Of a stretch of DNA of 64,000 nucleotides, positions 46,322 through 56,619 are shown in pieces. The stretch is taken from positions 10,405 to 74,404 of the forward strand of contig CAZZHK010000014.1 of assembly GCA_964653725.1 (NCBI GenBank). The letters are read 5' to 3'. A model generated the notes under the pieces. That model saw nothing but the letters and a program-made list of their open reading frames with translations. It was not told the DNA's origin and did not search any database. Source of the stretch: an uncultured Planctomycetales bacterium. Its GTDB lineage: Bacteria > Planctomycetota > UBA1135 > CAZZHK01. The first letter of the stretch is position 1. The number at the start of each line of letters is the position of its first letter. The position numbers and the translations under genes were made by a program.

Positions 46322-47068
46322 TCACAGGGACAATCCGCCGTCTACGCACAGGCACGCGCCCGTCACATACTCGGCGGCATCAGAAGCCAGGAAGGACACC
46401 ACGTGGGCGACCTCCTCCGGCGTACCTGCGCGCCCCAACGGGACGCGCGACAACATCGTCTCTTGCACGGCCTCGGAAAGCGAGTCCGTCATATCGGTGC
46501 CTATGTAACCCGGTGCGACCACGTTCGCGGTCACATTCCTTGCCGCCAATTCCTGGGCCAGCGACTTGGCCAGACCAAGGAGGCCCGCCTTGCTCGCTGC
46601 GTAATTGGCCTGCCCGGCGTTGCCGGTCAGTCCCACCACCGAGCTCACATAGATCAATCGGCCCCATCGCGCCTTCATCATCGGGCGCACGCAGGCCTTG
46701 GAAAAATTGAACGCCCCCTTGAGGTTGACGTCGATCACCTGGTCCCAGTCCTCCTCGTCGAGACGCGGAAGGATGTTGTCACGGGTCACTCCGGCGTTGT
46801 TCACCAGCACCACAGGCGGCCCCATTTCGGAGGTGATCGTCTCGACCACCGCACCCACGCCGTCGTGATCGGCCACATCCACGCCGTAGGCGGATGCGGT
46901 GCCCCCTGCCTCCCGGATCGCCTCCACGGCGGGGCCAGCCGACTCGACGCAGGTGGCCACAACTGCCACCGCGAGACCGTCTGCAGCCAGACGCTCGCCG
47001 ATGGAGCGCCCGATGCCCCGGGAACCGCCTGTGACGAGGGCGACGCGCTGTTCGCTGGAATCGGCCAT
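46322..47068 (-). CDS. fabG: 3-oxoacyl-ACP reductase
   Basis: It is an SDR with VTGGSRGIG, NNAG, YAASKAG and PGYIGTDM, and it sits within the fab cluster. Confidence 0.9.
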   Translation of the reverse strand: MADSSEQRVALVTGGSRGIGRSIGERLAADGLAVAVVATCVESAGPAVEAIREAGGTASAYGVDVADHDGVGAVVETITSEMGPPVVLVNNAGVTRDNILPRLDEEDWDQVIDVNLKGAFNFSKACVRPMMKARWGRLIYVSSVVGLTGNAGQANYAASKAGLLGLAKSLAQELAARNVTANVVAPGYIGTDMTDSLSEAVQETMLSRVPLGRAGTPEEVAHVVSFLASDAAEYVTGACLCVDGGLSL

Positions 47069-47080
47069 GGGCTCAGGATC

Positions 47081-48007
47081 TCACTGATCGCCGCCCGCCG
47101 GGTCAAGCGAAGCGGTGGAACAAGCCGCCGATACTTCCGTCTCCCTGTCGATCTTCCGCATGAGTCCGCCCAGCACCTGGCCCGGCGGGAACTCGGTGAA
47201 GGACGTGACGCCCGACGCAATCGCCGCGCGCATCGAGTCCTCCCAGAGGACAGGCGAGCACACCTGCTCGCTGAGGTTGGAGCGAATCTCGTCCGGACCC
47301 GAAACCGGCCGCCCAGTCACGTTCGAGATGACAGAGAACGCCGGCTCCCGGATGTCCACGTCGACCAGGACCTCCGCCAGGCCGCGGGCGGCCTCGCGCA
47401 TGACCTCGGAATGAAAGGCGCCTGCGACGCTCAGGGGGATCACCCGCCTGGCTCCGGCAGCAGCGCAGGCATCCGCAGCCCGGTCCAGCGCCTCCCGTTC
47501 CCCGGATATCACGACCTGGCCCGGCGCGTTCAGGTTGGCCACCGACACCAGGCCCCCGGCCTGTTCGCAGGCCGCTTCGCACGCCTCACGGTCGAGCCCC
47601 ATGACGCTCGTCATCGAGGAGTCGCACGCCCGTGACGCTTCCTGCATCAGCTCGCCGCGACAGCGCACCAACCGAAGGGCGTCATCAAAGGACAGCGATC
47701 CAGCGGCATGCAGCGCCGTGTACTCACCCAGTGACAGTCCCGCCGCCATCACTGGCTCCTCGAGGCGGTCCTCTTCCCGCAGCACCGCCAAGGCGGCCGC
47801 CGACACCAGGAAGATGCCCGGCTGCGCAATGTCCGTCGCGGTGACATCCTCCTCGCTGCCGTGCAGCAGCGTCGACGCAAGCGGCAGGCCAAGCAGCTCG
47901 TCGGCTCGGTCGAAGAGACCGGCCGCGGCAGCGCTGGCATTCACCCAGTCCAGGCCCATGCCGGCGAACTGGGCTCCCTGGCCCGGAAACAGAAGACCGT
48001 GCGACAT
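47081..48007 (-). CDS. fabD: Malonyl-CoA:ACP transacylase
   Basis: Motifs are LFPGQGAQFAGMG, GLSLGEYTAL and AGAFHS. I chose the internal ATG at 48007. Confidence 0.9.
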   Translation of the reverse strand: MSHGLLFPGQGAQFAGMGLDWVNASAAAAGLFDRADELLGLPLASTLLHGSEEDVTATDIAQPGIFLVSAAALAVLREEDRLEEPVMAAGLSLGEYTALHAAGSLSFDDALRLVRCRGELMQEASRACDSSMTSVMGLDREACEAACEQAGGLVSVANLNAPGQVVISGEREALDRAADACAAAGARRVIPLSVAGAFHSEVMREAARGLAEVLVDVDIREPAFSVISNVTGRPVSGPDEIRSNLSEQVCSPVLWEDSMRAAIASGVTSFTEFPPGQVLGGLMRKIDRETEVSAACSTASLDPAGGDQ

Positions 48008-48009
48008 GC

Positions 48010-48999
48010 CTACCAGCGCAGCAGCGCCCCGCCCCAGTTCAGGCCGGCGCCGAACGCGCACATTGCGACAAGTTCGCCGGATACGAGCCGGTCATCGCGT
48101 CGTGCCTCGTCGAACGCCATCGGCACCGAGCCGGCGGAGGTGTTCCCGAAGCGGTCGATGTTCACAACGATCCGGTCGTCGGGCAGACCCAGACGCTCCT
48201 GGGCAGCACGGATGATCCTCAGATTGACCTGGTGAGGGATCACCAGGCCGAGCGGCTCGTCCTCGCCCTCCATCAGTTCCTCGATCACGCCGCACATGCG
48301 TGAAACCGCAAACTTGAAGACCTCGCGGCCCTTCAAGTGAATCATGTGCTCCTTGGCTGCCAGGCGCTCCTCATTCATGGGAGCCAGCGATCCGCCCGCA
48401 GGCGCCCAGATCAGATCCCAACCCGAACCGTCCGAACCCAGCGTGGTCTTCAGCACCTCGCCCTGGCGGCACGTCTCCCAAGGCTGCAGAACCACCGCCC
48501 CCGCGCCGTCCCCGAAGATGATGCAGGAATTCCGGTCCTCGTAGTTCACGAAGCGCGACAGCGCCTCGGCCCCGATCACCAGAACGTTGTCATAGGTTCC
48601 GCAGGCGATGAACTGCGTCCCGGTGACCAGGCCCTGGACGAAACCGGTGCAGGCGCCGGCCAGGTCGAAAGCGGCAGCGTCCGTCATTCCGAGCCGGTCC
48701 TGGATCAACGGCGCGTTGGCCGGCAGCAGGTAGTCCGCCGTGACCGTCCCCACCAGGACCAGGTCAATTTCTTCGGGCTCGACTCCCGCATCCTCCATGG
48801 CCTGCTCCGCCGCCTGCACGCACAGGTGGGAACACGCCTCGCCCTCGCCCACCAGACGCCGTTCCTTGATTCCCGTCCGGCTGGTGATCCACTCGTCAGT
48901 GGTGTCGATCATCTGCTCCAGATCGGCGTTCGTCAGCACGCCCTCCGGTGCATACGCGCCCGTTCCGGCGACTCCCACCCTGCGGACCTCGGCAGCCAT
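48010..48999 (-). CDS. fabH: Beta-ketoacyl-ACP synthase III
   Basis: Motifs are DEWITSRTGIKERR, AGACTGF, HQVNLRI and GNTSAGS. The ATG at 48999 shares 1 nt with the plsX stop. Confidence 0.9.
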   Translation of the reverse strand: MAAEVRRVGVAGTGAYAPEGVLTNADLEQMIDTTDEWITSRTGIKERRLVGEGEACSHLCVQAAEQAMEDAGVEPEEIDLVLVGTVTADYLLPANAPLIQDRLGMTDAAAFDLAGACTGFVQGLVTGTQFIACGTYDNVLVIGAEALSRFVNYEDRNSCIIFGDGAGAVVLQPWETCRQGEVLKTTLGSDGSGWDLIWAPAGGSLAPMNEERLAAKEHMIHLKGREVFKFAVSRMCGVIEELMEGEDEPLGLVIPHQVNLRIIRAAQERLGLPDDRIVVNIDRFGNTSAGSVPMAFDEARRDDRLVSGELVAMCAFGAGLNWGGALLRW

Positions 49000-49994
49000 C
49001 AGACCCCCTCGGCCGCCGCGGCCACTCCCTCGGTGATGGCATCCTGGACGCCGCCTTCCACGTATCGGCGCGCCTGGTCCAGCATCGAGCAGACGCCGCG
49101 TCCGTCCGTTGCCCCGTGACCGATGATGACCGCTCCGTTCACACCGAGCAGCAGCGCCCCACCGTAGGTCGCCACATCGCTCCAATCACGCAGAGCCCGC
49201 ATCACGGCATCCGTGCTCTCAGGAGCATGTTCGGCCACCAGCCGGGCGAACGTGTCCACCAGGTGGCTGGACAGGCCTTCGGCCGTCTTCAGGAGCACGT
49301 TGCCCATGAAGCCCTCACACACCACCACGTCAGCGGCGCCCCGAAACAGGCCGGTTCCTTCGACGTTGCCGATGAACTGCACCGGCGCAGTAGCGAACAG
49401 ATCGTGGGTCTCCTTCGCCAGGGCGTTGCCCTTGCCCGCCTCTTCGCCCACGTTCAGCAGGCCTACGCGGGGTTCCGCCACGTCCAGGAGGATGCGGGAC
49501 ACCTCGGCGCCCATGATCCCGTAGGCGAGCAGGTGCTCGGGCTTCGGATGGACGTTCGCGCCTACGTCCACCAGCACGAAATGGCCCTTGTCGCCTTCCG
49601 GCAGGCAGGCCAGCCCCGGGCGCCTCACCCCGTCCAGAGTCCGCAGGCCCACGGTCGCCGCCGCCACAGCAGCACCTGTATGGCCGACGCTGACCAGGAT
49701 GTCCGCATGACCGTCACGGACGGCTCCGACCCCAGCGGCGACCGAGGAATCCGGCTTCGAGCGCAGTGCATCGACCGCGGAGTCCTGCATGTCCACCACC
49801 TGACTCGCGTGCAGGATCTCGAATTCGTCCCCGCCGCCGCCTACCCGACGCACCTCCTCACGAAGCGCAGATTCATCACCGACCAGCACGATCTCGGCTG
49901 CAGCCTCCGGTCTCCGGGCCGCATAGGCCCATGCGCCGTCCACCGTGGACGTCGGTGCGCCGTCGCCGCCCATCGCATCCAGGGCAATGCGCAT
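48999..49994 (-). CDS. plsX: Phosphate acyltransferase PlsX
   Basis: The sequence MRIALDAMGGDGAP..., GHTGA, LLNVGEE and FIGNVEG match PlsX, and the gene sits between rpmF and fabH. Confidence 0.9.
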   Translation of the reverse strand: MRIALDAMGGDGAPTSTVDGAWAYAARRPEAAAEIVLVGDESALREEVRRVGGGGDEFEILHASQVVDMQDSAVDALRSKPDSSVAAGVGAVRDGHADILVSVGHTGAAVAAATVGLRTLDGVRRPGLACLPEGDKGHFVLVDVGANVHPKPEHLLAYGIMGAEVSRILLDVAEPRVGLLNVGEEAGKGNALAKETHDLFATAPVQFIGNVEGTGLFRGAADVVVCEGFMGNVLLKTAEGLSSHLVDTFARLVAEHAPESTDAVMRALRDWSDVATYGGALLLGVNGAVIIGHGATDGRGVCSMLDQARRYVEGGVQDAITEGVAAAAEGV

Positions 49995-50006
49995 GCGGTG
50001 TTCCCC

Positions 50007-50195
50007 CTAGATCTCTGCGGTGTCCCGGTCGATGACCTGGACATCGCGGTACCACCCGCAGTTCGGGCACACCCTGTGGGGGCGCACCGACGCGTCGCAC
50101 TTTGAGCAACGGGCCAGCTGCGGTTCCTTCCATGCAAGGTGGCTGCGGTGCATGCCCTGCCTCGACCTGGATTTTCTTCGCTTCGGATGAGCCAT
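50007..50195 (-). CDS. rpmF: 50S ribosomal protein L32
   Basis: The sequence MAHPKRRKSRSRQGMHRSH...C.KC......HRVCPNCG.Y is an L32 match. I chose the internal ATG at 50195. Confidence 0.9.
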   Translation of the reverse strand: MAHPKRRKSRSRQGMHRSHLAWKEPQLARCSKCDASVRPHRVCPNCGWYRDVQVIDRDTAEI

Positions 50196-50271
50196 GACTG
50201 TGGTGGGAGGGGTGCGTTCGTGCCAGGGAGACAGGCAGGGGGCCCTGCAGGGCGCGAACGAGCCCGGAAAA

Positions 50272-52935
50272 CTAGTCCCGAGGACCACCCTGGTCAATAG
50301 AGGAAGCACCCTCCAGGGACCCCTTGAGAGCATTCCAGCCCTCTTCCACGCTCCCGCCGTCGGCCAGCTTGCCCTGCGCCATTCGCCCACGGCCTCCGCC
50401 ACGGCCGCCCGTCTTGTCCAGCAGGACGCGCGTCAGGGTGCCCGCATCCAGACCTGCTTCGCGGGCCGATCCGCCCAGAGCCACCACGAACGGCACGTCC
50501 TCGTCCCCCTCGGACACCGCCAGGATCACGCAGGCCCCATCGCCGGTCCGGATCCCGTCCGCGATCTCCCTCAGTTCGTCGTGCCCGCACCCTTCGGGGG
50601 CGCGCGCAAGGAACACCTCCACGTCGCCGACGGTCTCACCGGTACTGTGCGCGGCCGCGGCCAGGGCGGCGGTATCGGCCATTGGCTGCGCAGCTTGCCC
50701 TGAGCGGGCGGCCTCCTTGAGCGCCGCCACCTTCTGCGGAACCTCCGCAGCAGGGACACCCAGCAGACGGGCCGTCTCCCCCAGCACACACCGATCGCTT
50801 GCCGCTGCGGCCGCCGCAACGGCGCCGCACACTGCCTCGATGCGTCGGATGCCTGCGCTGCTCGAGGACTCGCTCACGATCCTCAGCGGTCCGACCGCGC
50901 CAGCGCTTGCCACGTGGGTTCCGCCGCACACTTCGGTCGAGAAGTCCCCGACGGTGACGACACGCACCTGGCTGCCGTATTTTTCACCGAACAGGGCCTC
51001 CGCTCCACCCGCCCTGGCCTCGTCCAGGGTCTGGATGTCGGTGACCACCACGGGCGACGCCAGAACGGCGTCCAGGACCAGGCCCTCGACGCGTGCGATC
51101 TCGACGGGGGTCAGCGCACGCGGAAAGTTGAAGTCGAAGCGCAGCCGGGCAGGCCCGACATGGCTGCCGGCCTGGCGTACGTCGTCCCCCAGAACCATCT
51201 TCAGGGCCTGGTGCAGCAGGTGCGTGCCGGTGTGGTGCCGTGCCGTGGCGGCCCGCGCATCCGCGTCCACCGCCAGATCCACCTGTGTGGACTCCGCCAA
51301 GGTGCCATCGCGAACCACGCATGTGTGCAGGTGGTAGCCGCCCGCACTCCTGCACGACTCGACCTCCGCCGCGCCGCCCTCCCAGGTCACCAGACCGCAG
51401 TCGCCGATCTGGCCGCCCCCCTCCGCATAGAACGGCGTCGCATCGACGGCGAAGGACCCGGTGTCGTCCTGGCCCAGTGACTCGACGGCGGCCCCTTCCG
51501 CGTCGAACAGACCGACAACTGTTGCGCGGCCCTCCAGACCCTCGTAGCCCTCGAATTCCGTCGGGGCCACCTCCCTGTCCATCAGCAGTCCGGCGGGTCC
51601 CTCGGAGAACACCGCTCCTCCGTGGCTCGATCCCGCCCGGGCCCGGTCGCGCTGTTCGGCCATGGCCGCTGCAAATCCGTCCTCATCGACTTCGAACCCG
51701 CGTTCCCCGAGGATCAGCCTTGTCAGGTCCAGGGGGAACCCGTAGGTGTCGTGCAGCAGGAAGGCGGTGGCCCCGTCCAGCAGACCGCCCTCGTCGAGTC
51801 CGCCCACCGCATCCTCGAGGACTCCCATGCCCCGGTCATAGGTGCGCCGGAAGGCCTCCTCCTCCGCCTCCATCACGCTTTGCACCGCCGGCAGGGCATC
51901 GGCCACCTCCGGGTAAACGTCAGCCATGACTTCCGGCACGATGGCGGCCATCTCGAACAGGAACGGTTCGGCGATGCCGAGTTCGTAGCCGTCCCGGACG
52001 GCGCGGCGCAGGATCTTGCGCACCACGTAGCCGCGGCCTTCGTTGCCGGGCAGCGCACCATCCGTGATGCAGAACACGACCGCCCGCAGGTGGTCAGCGA
52101 TGCGGCGCATCCGCACATCGCCGTCGGGCGTCGCCCCGTAGGCCACCCCGGAACGGGCGGCCACCCCCTGGATGTAGGGCTGGAAGAGATCGGTGTCGTA
52201 GTCGTTGTCCACCCCCTGCAGGACGGCGGTGATCCGCTCGAGCCCGCACCCCACATCGATGTTGCGCTGCGGGAGCGGCACCAGTTCGCCGCCGTCCCGC
52301 CGGTCGAATTGCGTGAACACGAAGTTGCCGAGTTCGGTGAACCGGTCCTCGGGCAGTTCCTCCAGACCCTCGTCGGCCGGCAGGGACTCGTCCGGACGGT
52401 GGTCGTAGTAGATCTCCGAGCATGGGCCGCATGGTCCGTTGGGCCCCTCCGACGGAGCGCTTGCTGGCCAGAAGTTCTCCCCCTCGCCGAAGTGGTAGAT
52501 CCGCTCCCGGTCCAGCCCCACCACCCCCGTCCAGATGTCCTCCGAGTCCTGGTCCTCGCGGTAGACCGAGATGACCAGGTGCTCCTCCTTGATCCCCAGG
52601 ACCTCGGTGAAGAACACCCACTCCCACGGAATCGTCTCCTCCTTGAAGTAGTCCCCGAAGGAGAAGTTGCCGAGCATCTCGAAGAACGTGTGGTGGCGCG
52701 GGGTCCGTCCCACATTCTCCAAGTCGGGTGCGCGCAGGCACTTCTGACATGTGGTGACGCGGCGGTTGGGGATTTCCCCCCGCCCCAGGAACCAGTCCTT
52801 GAACTGGTTCATCCCGGCCCCTGTGAACAAGAGCGTGTCGTCACCGGCAGGCACGAGCCCGTCCGATGTCATGCGCACGTGGCCGCGCTCCTCGAAGAAG
52901 GAGAGGAACGCTTCTCGGACCTCCGGACCGTTCAT
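50272..52935 (-). CDS. alaS: Alanine--tRNA ligase
   Basis: The match to AlaS runs the full length (FLSFFEERGH, FTGAGMNQFK, RHHTFFEMLGNFSFGDYFK, the editing-domain HTGTHLL and CGGTHV, and a C-terminal DHHA1-like end). Confidence 0.95.
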   Translation of the reverse strand: MNGPEVREAFLSFFEERGHVRMTSDGLVPAGDDTLLFTGAGMNQFKDWFLGRGEIPNRRVTTCQKCLRAPDLENVGRTPRHHTFFEMLGNFSFGDYFKEETIPWEWVFFTEVLGIKEEHLVISVYREDQDSEDIWTGVVGLDRERIYHFGEGENFWPASAPSEGPNGPCGPCSEIYYDHRPDESLPADEGLEELPEDRFTELGNFVFTQFDRRDGGELVPLPQRNIDVGCGLERITAVLQGVDNDYDTDLFQPYIQGVAARSGVAYGATPDGDVRMRRIADHLRAVVFCITDGALPGNEGRGYVVRKILRRAVRDGYELGIAEPFLFEMAAIVPEVMADVYPEVADALPAVQSVMEAEEEAFRRTYDRGMGVLEDAVGGLDEGGLLDGATAFLLHDTYGFPLDLTRLILGERGFEVDEDGFAAAMAEQRDRARAGSSHGGAVFSEGPAGLLMDREVAPTEFEGYEGLEGRATVVGLFDAEGAAVESLGQDDTGSFAVDATPFYAEGGGQIGDCGLVTWEGGAAEVESCRSAGGYHLHTCVVRDGTLAESTQVDLAVDADARAATARHHTGTHLLHQALKMVLGDDVRQAGSHVGPARLRFDFNFPRALTPVEIARVEGLVLDAVLASPVVVTDIQTLDEARAGGAEALFGEKYGSQVRVVTVGDFSTEVCGGTHVASAGAVGPLRIVSESSSSAGIRRIEAVCGAVAAAAAASDRCVLGETARLLGVPAAEVPQKVAALKEAARSGQAAQPMADTAALAAAAHSTGETVGDVEVFLARAPEGCGHDELREIADGIRTGDGACVILAVSEGDEDVPFVVALGGSAREAGLDAGTLTRVLLDKTGGRGGGRGRMAQGKLADGGSVEEGWNALKGSLEGASSIDQGGPRD

Positions 52936-52960
52936 GATGGCCGCGGAGTCTACCGGGCGG

Positions 52961-54097
52961 TCAGCCGGTCGAGACCGGTTCGGCGGCCTCCTCGGTGACT
53001 GCCTCCTCGGTGACTGCCTCCTCGGCCACCTCCTCCGCCACTTCCTCCGTTGCCTCCGGCTCCTTGTCTTCCTCGCCGATGCCCAGGGACTTCCGGATCG
53101 CCGCTTCGACGGAGGCGGACAGGTCCGGATTGTCCTTCAGCATGGTGCGGGCGGCCTCGCGGCCCTGCCCCAGACGGATCGGATCGGCACCTTCCTTGTC
53201 GATGCATGAGAACCAGGCGCCGGACTTCATCACCACGCCGTGTTCGATGCCGAGGTCGATCAGGTCCCCCTCGGTCGAGATGCCCAGCCCGAACAGGATG
53301 TCGAATTCGACCCGCCGGAACGGCGGCGCCATCTTGTTCTTCACCACGGTTGCCTTGGTCCGGTTGCCAATATTGTTCTCCCCGTCCTTGATCTGGCCGA
53401 TCCGGCGCACGTCGATCCGCACCGACGCGTAGAACTTCAGCGCCCGGCCGCCGGTCGTGGTCTCGGGACTGCCGAACATGACGCCGATCTTCTCCCGAAT
53501 CTGGTTGATGAAGATGACCGTGGTCTTGGACTTGGCGATGCTGCCGGTCAGTTTGCGCAGGGCCTGGCTCATGAGCCTGGCATGGAGGCCCACGAAATGG
53601 TCGCCCATTTCGCCTTCCAGCTCGGCGCGCGGCACCAGGGCAGCCACCGAATCGATCACGATGACGTCCACGCCGCTCGACCGCACAAGGGTCTCGGCGA
53701 TGTCCAGGGCCTGTTCGCCGCAGTCCGGCTGGCTGATCAGCAAATCGTCCGTGTTGACTCCCAGACGGCGTGCGTAGACCGGATCGATTGCATGTTCCGC
53801 ATCGATGAAGGCGGCAATGCCGCCCTGCTTCTGCGCGTCGGCGACGATCTGCAGGCTCAGGGTCGTCTTCCCGGAGGCCTCGGGTCCGTAGATCTCGACC
53901 ACACGCCCACGCGGGATGCCCGTGCCCCCCAGCGCGATGTCCAGCGACAGGCAACCGGTCGAGATGCCGTCCGGCACCGTGAACTGGTCCTCCCCGAGAC
54001 GCATGATCGCGCCCTTGTCGTACTTCTGCTCGATCTCCTTGAGCGCGGCCGCAAGGGCCTTCTCGCCCGTCTTCTCTGCTTTCTTGCGTGTTGCCAT
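52961..54097 (-). CDS. recA: Recombinase RecA with repeat-containing acidic C-terminal tail
   Basis: Motifs are [32 protein letters not shown] and [24 protein letters not shown] chose the ATG at 54097 (MATRKKAEK...). Confidence 0.95.
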   Translation of the reverse strand: MATRKKAEKTGEKALAAALKEIEQKYDKGAIMRLGEDQFTVPDGISTGCLSLDIALGGTGIPRGRVVEIYGPEASGKTTLSLQIVADAQKQGGIAAFIDAEHAIDPVYARRLGVNTDDLLISQPDCGEQALDIAETLVRSSGVDVIVIDSVAALVPRAELEGEMGDHFVGLHARLMSQALRKLTGSIAKSKTTVIFINQIREKIGVMFGSPETTTGGRALKFYASVRIDVRRIGQIKDGENNIGNRTKATVVKNKMAPPFRRVEFDILFGLGISTEGDLIDLGIEHGVVMKSGAWFSCIDKEGADPIRLGQGREAARTMLKDNPDLSASVEAAIRKSLGIGEEDKEPEATEEVAEEVAEEAVTEEAVTEEAAEPVSTG

Positions 54098-54166
54098 GTG
54101 TTCACCCGTGATCGTAGCAATCGGTCCCATGCCATTACCACGAACGAGATCGCCGGAGTTGCGCTT

Positions 54167-54703
54167 TCAGTCGGCGAAAAACGGCGCACGTGCCACCACC
54201 GGATAACGGCCGCCCCCCGTGCTCTCGAACAGGCACAGTTCCCGCACCGTCCACGCCAGATCCACCACCGGCCAGGCCGCAGGCTGCACGGTCCTGCCGC
54301 GTCCGCAGCGCCCGGTCGTCACGTGGCCTCGGAACGCCCGCCTCGATCCCAGCGCCCGCGCCAGATCCGCCATCACGCCGTCCGGATCTGCCGCACCGGT
54401 CCAGAGGGCTCGCGCCCGCACCGGCCCCGGAAAGCATCCCGGCGCCCCCAGGCGGACGTCGAAGGGAACCGTGTCCCGCGCCGCCCGGCCCAGGCGCTGC
54501 GCCCAGCGCTCCACCTCCTCTTCGCGAATCCGGCCCACGAAATGGAGGGTCACATGGAAGGACTCCTCGCGCACCCACCGGACGCCCTCGTCCGCCGCGC
54601 GCGCGCCTGCCCAGGCGTCCCACAGATCGCCGCGAACGGAGTCCGGCAGGTCGAGGCCGCAGAACACGCGGCGCTCGCCGGTCCGCTGGCCCTGGGCGGT
54701 CAA
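54167..54703 (-). CDS. thpR: RNA 2',3'-cyclic phosphodiesterase (2H phosphoesterase, ThpR/LigT-like)
   Basis: It has two HxT motifs (FHVTLHFVG and GHVTTGR) and is ~178 aa long. The TTG start overlaps the upstream stop. Confidence 0.75.
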   Translation of the reverse strand: MTAQGQRTGERRVFCGLDLPDSVRGDLWDAWAGARAADEGVRWVREESFHVTLHFVGRIREEEVERWAQRLGRAARDTVPFDVRLGAPGCFPGPVRARALWTGAADPDGVMADLARALGSRRAFRGHVTTGRCGRGRTVQPAAWPVVDLAWTVRELCLFESTGGGRYPVVARAPFFAD

Positions 54704-55599
54704 CCCAGGGAGGCGAAACGCCGAAAGGCGGCGCGCCGGCTCTCCAGGTCGGACTCGACCCGGCCCAGGCCCTCCGTCGAGAAGCCCTCGACCGTGAAGC
54801 TGGCCAGCAGCGTGCCGTCCACCACGCCGCGCCGCACGGCGTCGGCGCCCGCATTGCCGGCCTGCGCGAGCGCTCCCATGAGGCCGCCTGCGAACGAATC
54901 CCCGGCACCGGTCGGGTCAACCACCTCGCCTGTGGGGAACGCGGGCACCGCACCGAGCTCGCTGCCGACCGCGAACAGCGCTCCGTGCTCGCCGCGCTTC
55001 ACTACGACTACCTCGGGACCCATGCCCTGGATGGCCCGGGCCGCGTTGACGATCGAGTTCTCGCCAGTCAGCGCCCGCGCCTCCTCGTCGTTGACCACGA
55101 TGCCGTCCACCCGGCCGATGACGCCGCGCAGTTCGTCGGGCATGTTGTCGATCCAGAGGTCCATGGTGTCCAGCAGCGTGAACACGGGATCGGTCATCTG
55201 GTCGAGCACCTGGGCCTGGATCGGCGGTGCCCCGTTGGCCAGGAACACGAAGGGGGTGCCCCGCCATTCCTCCGGGACCTTGGGTTCGAAGTGCTCGAAG
55301 ACGCCCAGGCAGGTGGAGAGCGTCTCGCGCTGGTTCATGTCGTCCAGGTAGCGCCCGGCCCACCGGAAAGTCTCGCCCGGCACCACCTCGAGGCCGTCCA
55401 GTTCGACGCCTCCTGCCTCAAGGTCCTCCAGTAGACCGCGGTCGAAGTCCTCTCCCACCACACCCACCAGCCGGACCGGCCCCAGATGGCGAGCGGCGGC
55501 GGCGAAGTAGACGGCGGAGCCGCCGAGGGCCTCGTCCCTGCTCTCGGTGGGCGTCTCAACGGAGTCGAACGCGACGGTTCCCACGACCAGGACGGACAT
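54700..55599 (-). CDS. PfkB-family carbohydrate/nucleoside kinase
   Basis: It carries GGSAVYFA and the C-terminal DPTGAGDSFAGG signature of the ribokinase/PfkB family. Confidence 0.75.
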   Translation of the reverse strand: MSVLVVGTVAFDSVETPTESRDEALGGSAVYFAAAARHLGPVRLVGVVGEDFDRGLLEDLEAGGVELDGLEVVPGETFRWAGRYLDDMNQRETLSTCLGVFEHFEPKVPEEWRGTPFVFLANGAPPIQAQVLDQMTDPVFTLLDTMDLWIDNMPDELRGVIGRVDGIVVNDEEARALTGENSIVNAARAIQGMGPEVVVVKRGEHGALFAVGSELGAVPAFPTGEVVDPTGAGDSFAGGLMGALAQAGNAGADAVRRGVVDGTLLASFTVEGFSTEGLGRVESDLESRRAAFRRFASLG

Positions 55600-55608
55600 C
55601 GTTCCAGA

Positions 55609-56619
55609 CTACCCCGCTGTCCCGGCGGCGATCGGCGGCGCCTTCCTCTTCCACACCGCCATGATCACCGCGCCGGGCAGCGACGAGACGATGGCGTTGA
55701 CGCGATAGAGAACCGACGCGGTGATCCCCAGGGTGTAGCGGACAGCCGGGGTGGCACCGGCTGCGTAGGTCTCGAAGGCCCATCCAAACATGGACTCGCC
55801 CACGCCCCAGCCGGCTGGGGCGATCGGCAGGCCCGAGACCATCTGGACGATCGGCATCACCGCCAAGAAGAAGGACGGCGGGCTCCCGTCGCCCAGCGAG
55901 CGGGCGAAGAGCCCGATGCAGGCCAGGATCGACAGGTGGTTGACTACGCTGAGGCAGGTCGCCATCAGCACGGCGCCCGGACGGTGACGATAGGCCAGGA
56001 ACGCCTCGTCCAGCGACGACAGGGCGTCGCGCAGCGGCAGCCGGTCCATGATCCACTTGACCGGTCCCCACTTCCGCAGACCCGGATGCGCGTAGCAGAA
56101 CACGCCCATTGCGCCCACGGCAGCCACCCCACCCAACTGCAGGGCAATGGTGCGGAACCCCGGCTGCAGCGACGACGCCACCAGGGCCAGCAGCAGCAGG
56201 GTCCCCAGCCCTATGACGCGATCCATGACCAAGGAGGCCACCGCCCGGGCCCGGTGATCCGTCTCCTTCATCATCAGGCCAATGATCACAAGGTCACCGC
56301 CGGTCAGGCCGGGGATCACCTGGCTGAAGGTCAGGCTGATCCACTTCAGCCCCAGGGCTCGCCGAAACGGGATGTGGACATCGACCGCCCGGAGCAGGAT
56401 CCACCACCGCCACGACGTCGTAAGTATGGACACGTGGTAGAGAGCCCAGGCGCCCAGGATCAGATCCAGACGGGCATCCGACAGCAGGGTGCGCAGCCCC
56501 TGCTGCGTGGCCCCGTCCTCTCCCACCCAGTCGTCCACGTGCACCCGGCTGGCCACGAAGGCCAGCAGACCGATGGCCACCAGGACGCGGAGCGCCCCCA
56601 TCAGGATCTTGCCTTTCAC
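55609..56619 (-). CDS. Flippase-like (lysylphosphatidylglycerol-synthase TM-region/UPF0104-like) membrane protein
   Basis: It has about 8 hydrophobic helices, PGLTGGD, and a C-terminal LPIAPAGWGVGE motif. The GTG start at 56619 overlaps the upstream stop (GTGA). Confidence 0.6.
   Translation of the reverse strand: MKGKILMGALRVLVAIGLLAFVASRVHVDDWVGEDGATQQGLRTLLSDARLDLILGAWALYHVSILTTSWRWWILLRAVDVHIPFRRALGLKWISLTFSQVIPGLTGGDLVIIGLMMKETDHRARAVASLVMDRVIGLGTLLLLALVASSLQPGFRTIALQLGGVAAVGAMGVFCYAHPGLRKWGPVKWIMDRLPLRDALSSLDEAFLAYRHRPGAVLMATCLSVVNHLSILACIGLFARSLGDGSPPSFFLAVMPIVQMVSGLPIAPAGWGVGESMFGWAFETYAAGATPAVRYTLGITASVLYRVNAIVSSLPGAVIMAVWKRKAPPIAAGTAG

Noticed and set aside
54098-54166. A possible LexA/SOS box upstream of recA.
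   Set aside because: No convincing palindrome of the CTGT-N8-ACAG or GAAC-N4-GTTC type is present. There are only isolated GAAC/GTTC-like half-sites. The phylum-specific SOS motif is unknown to me.
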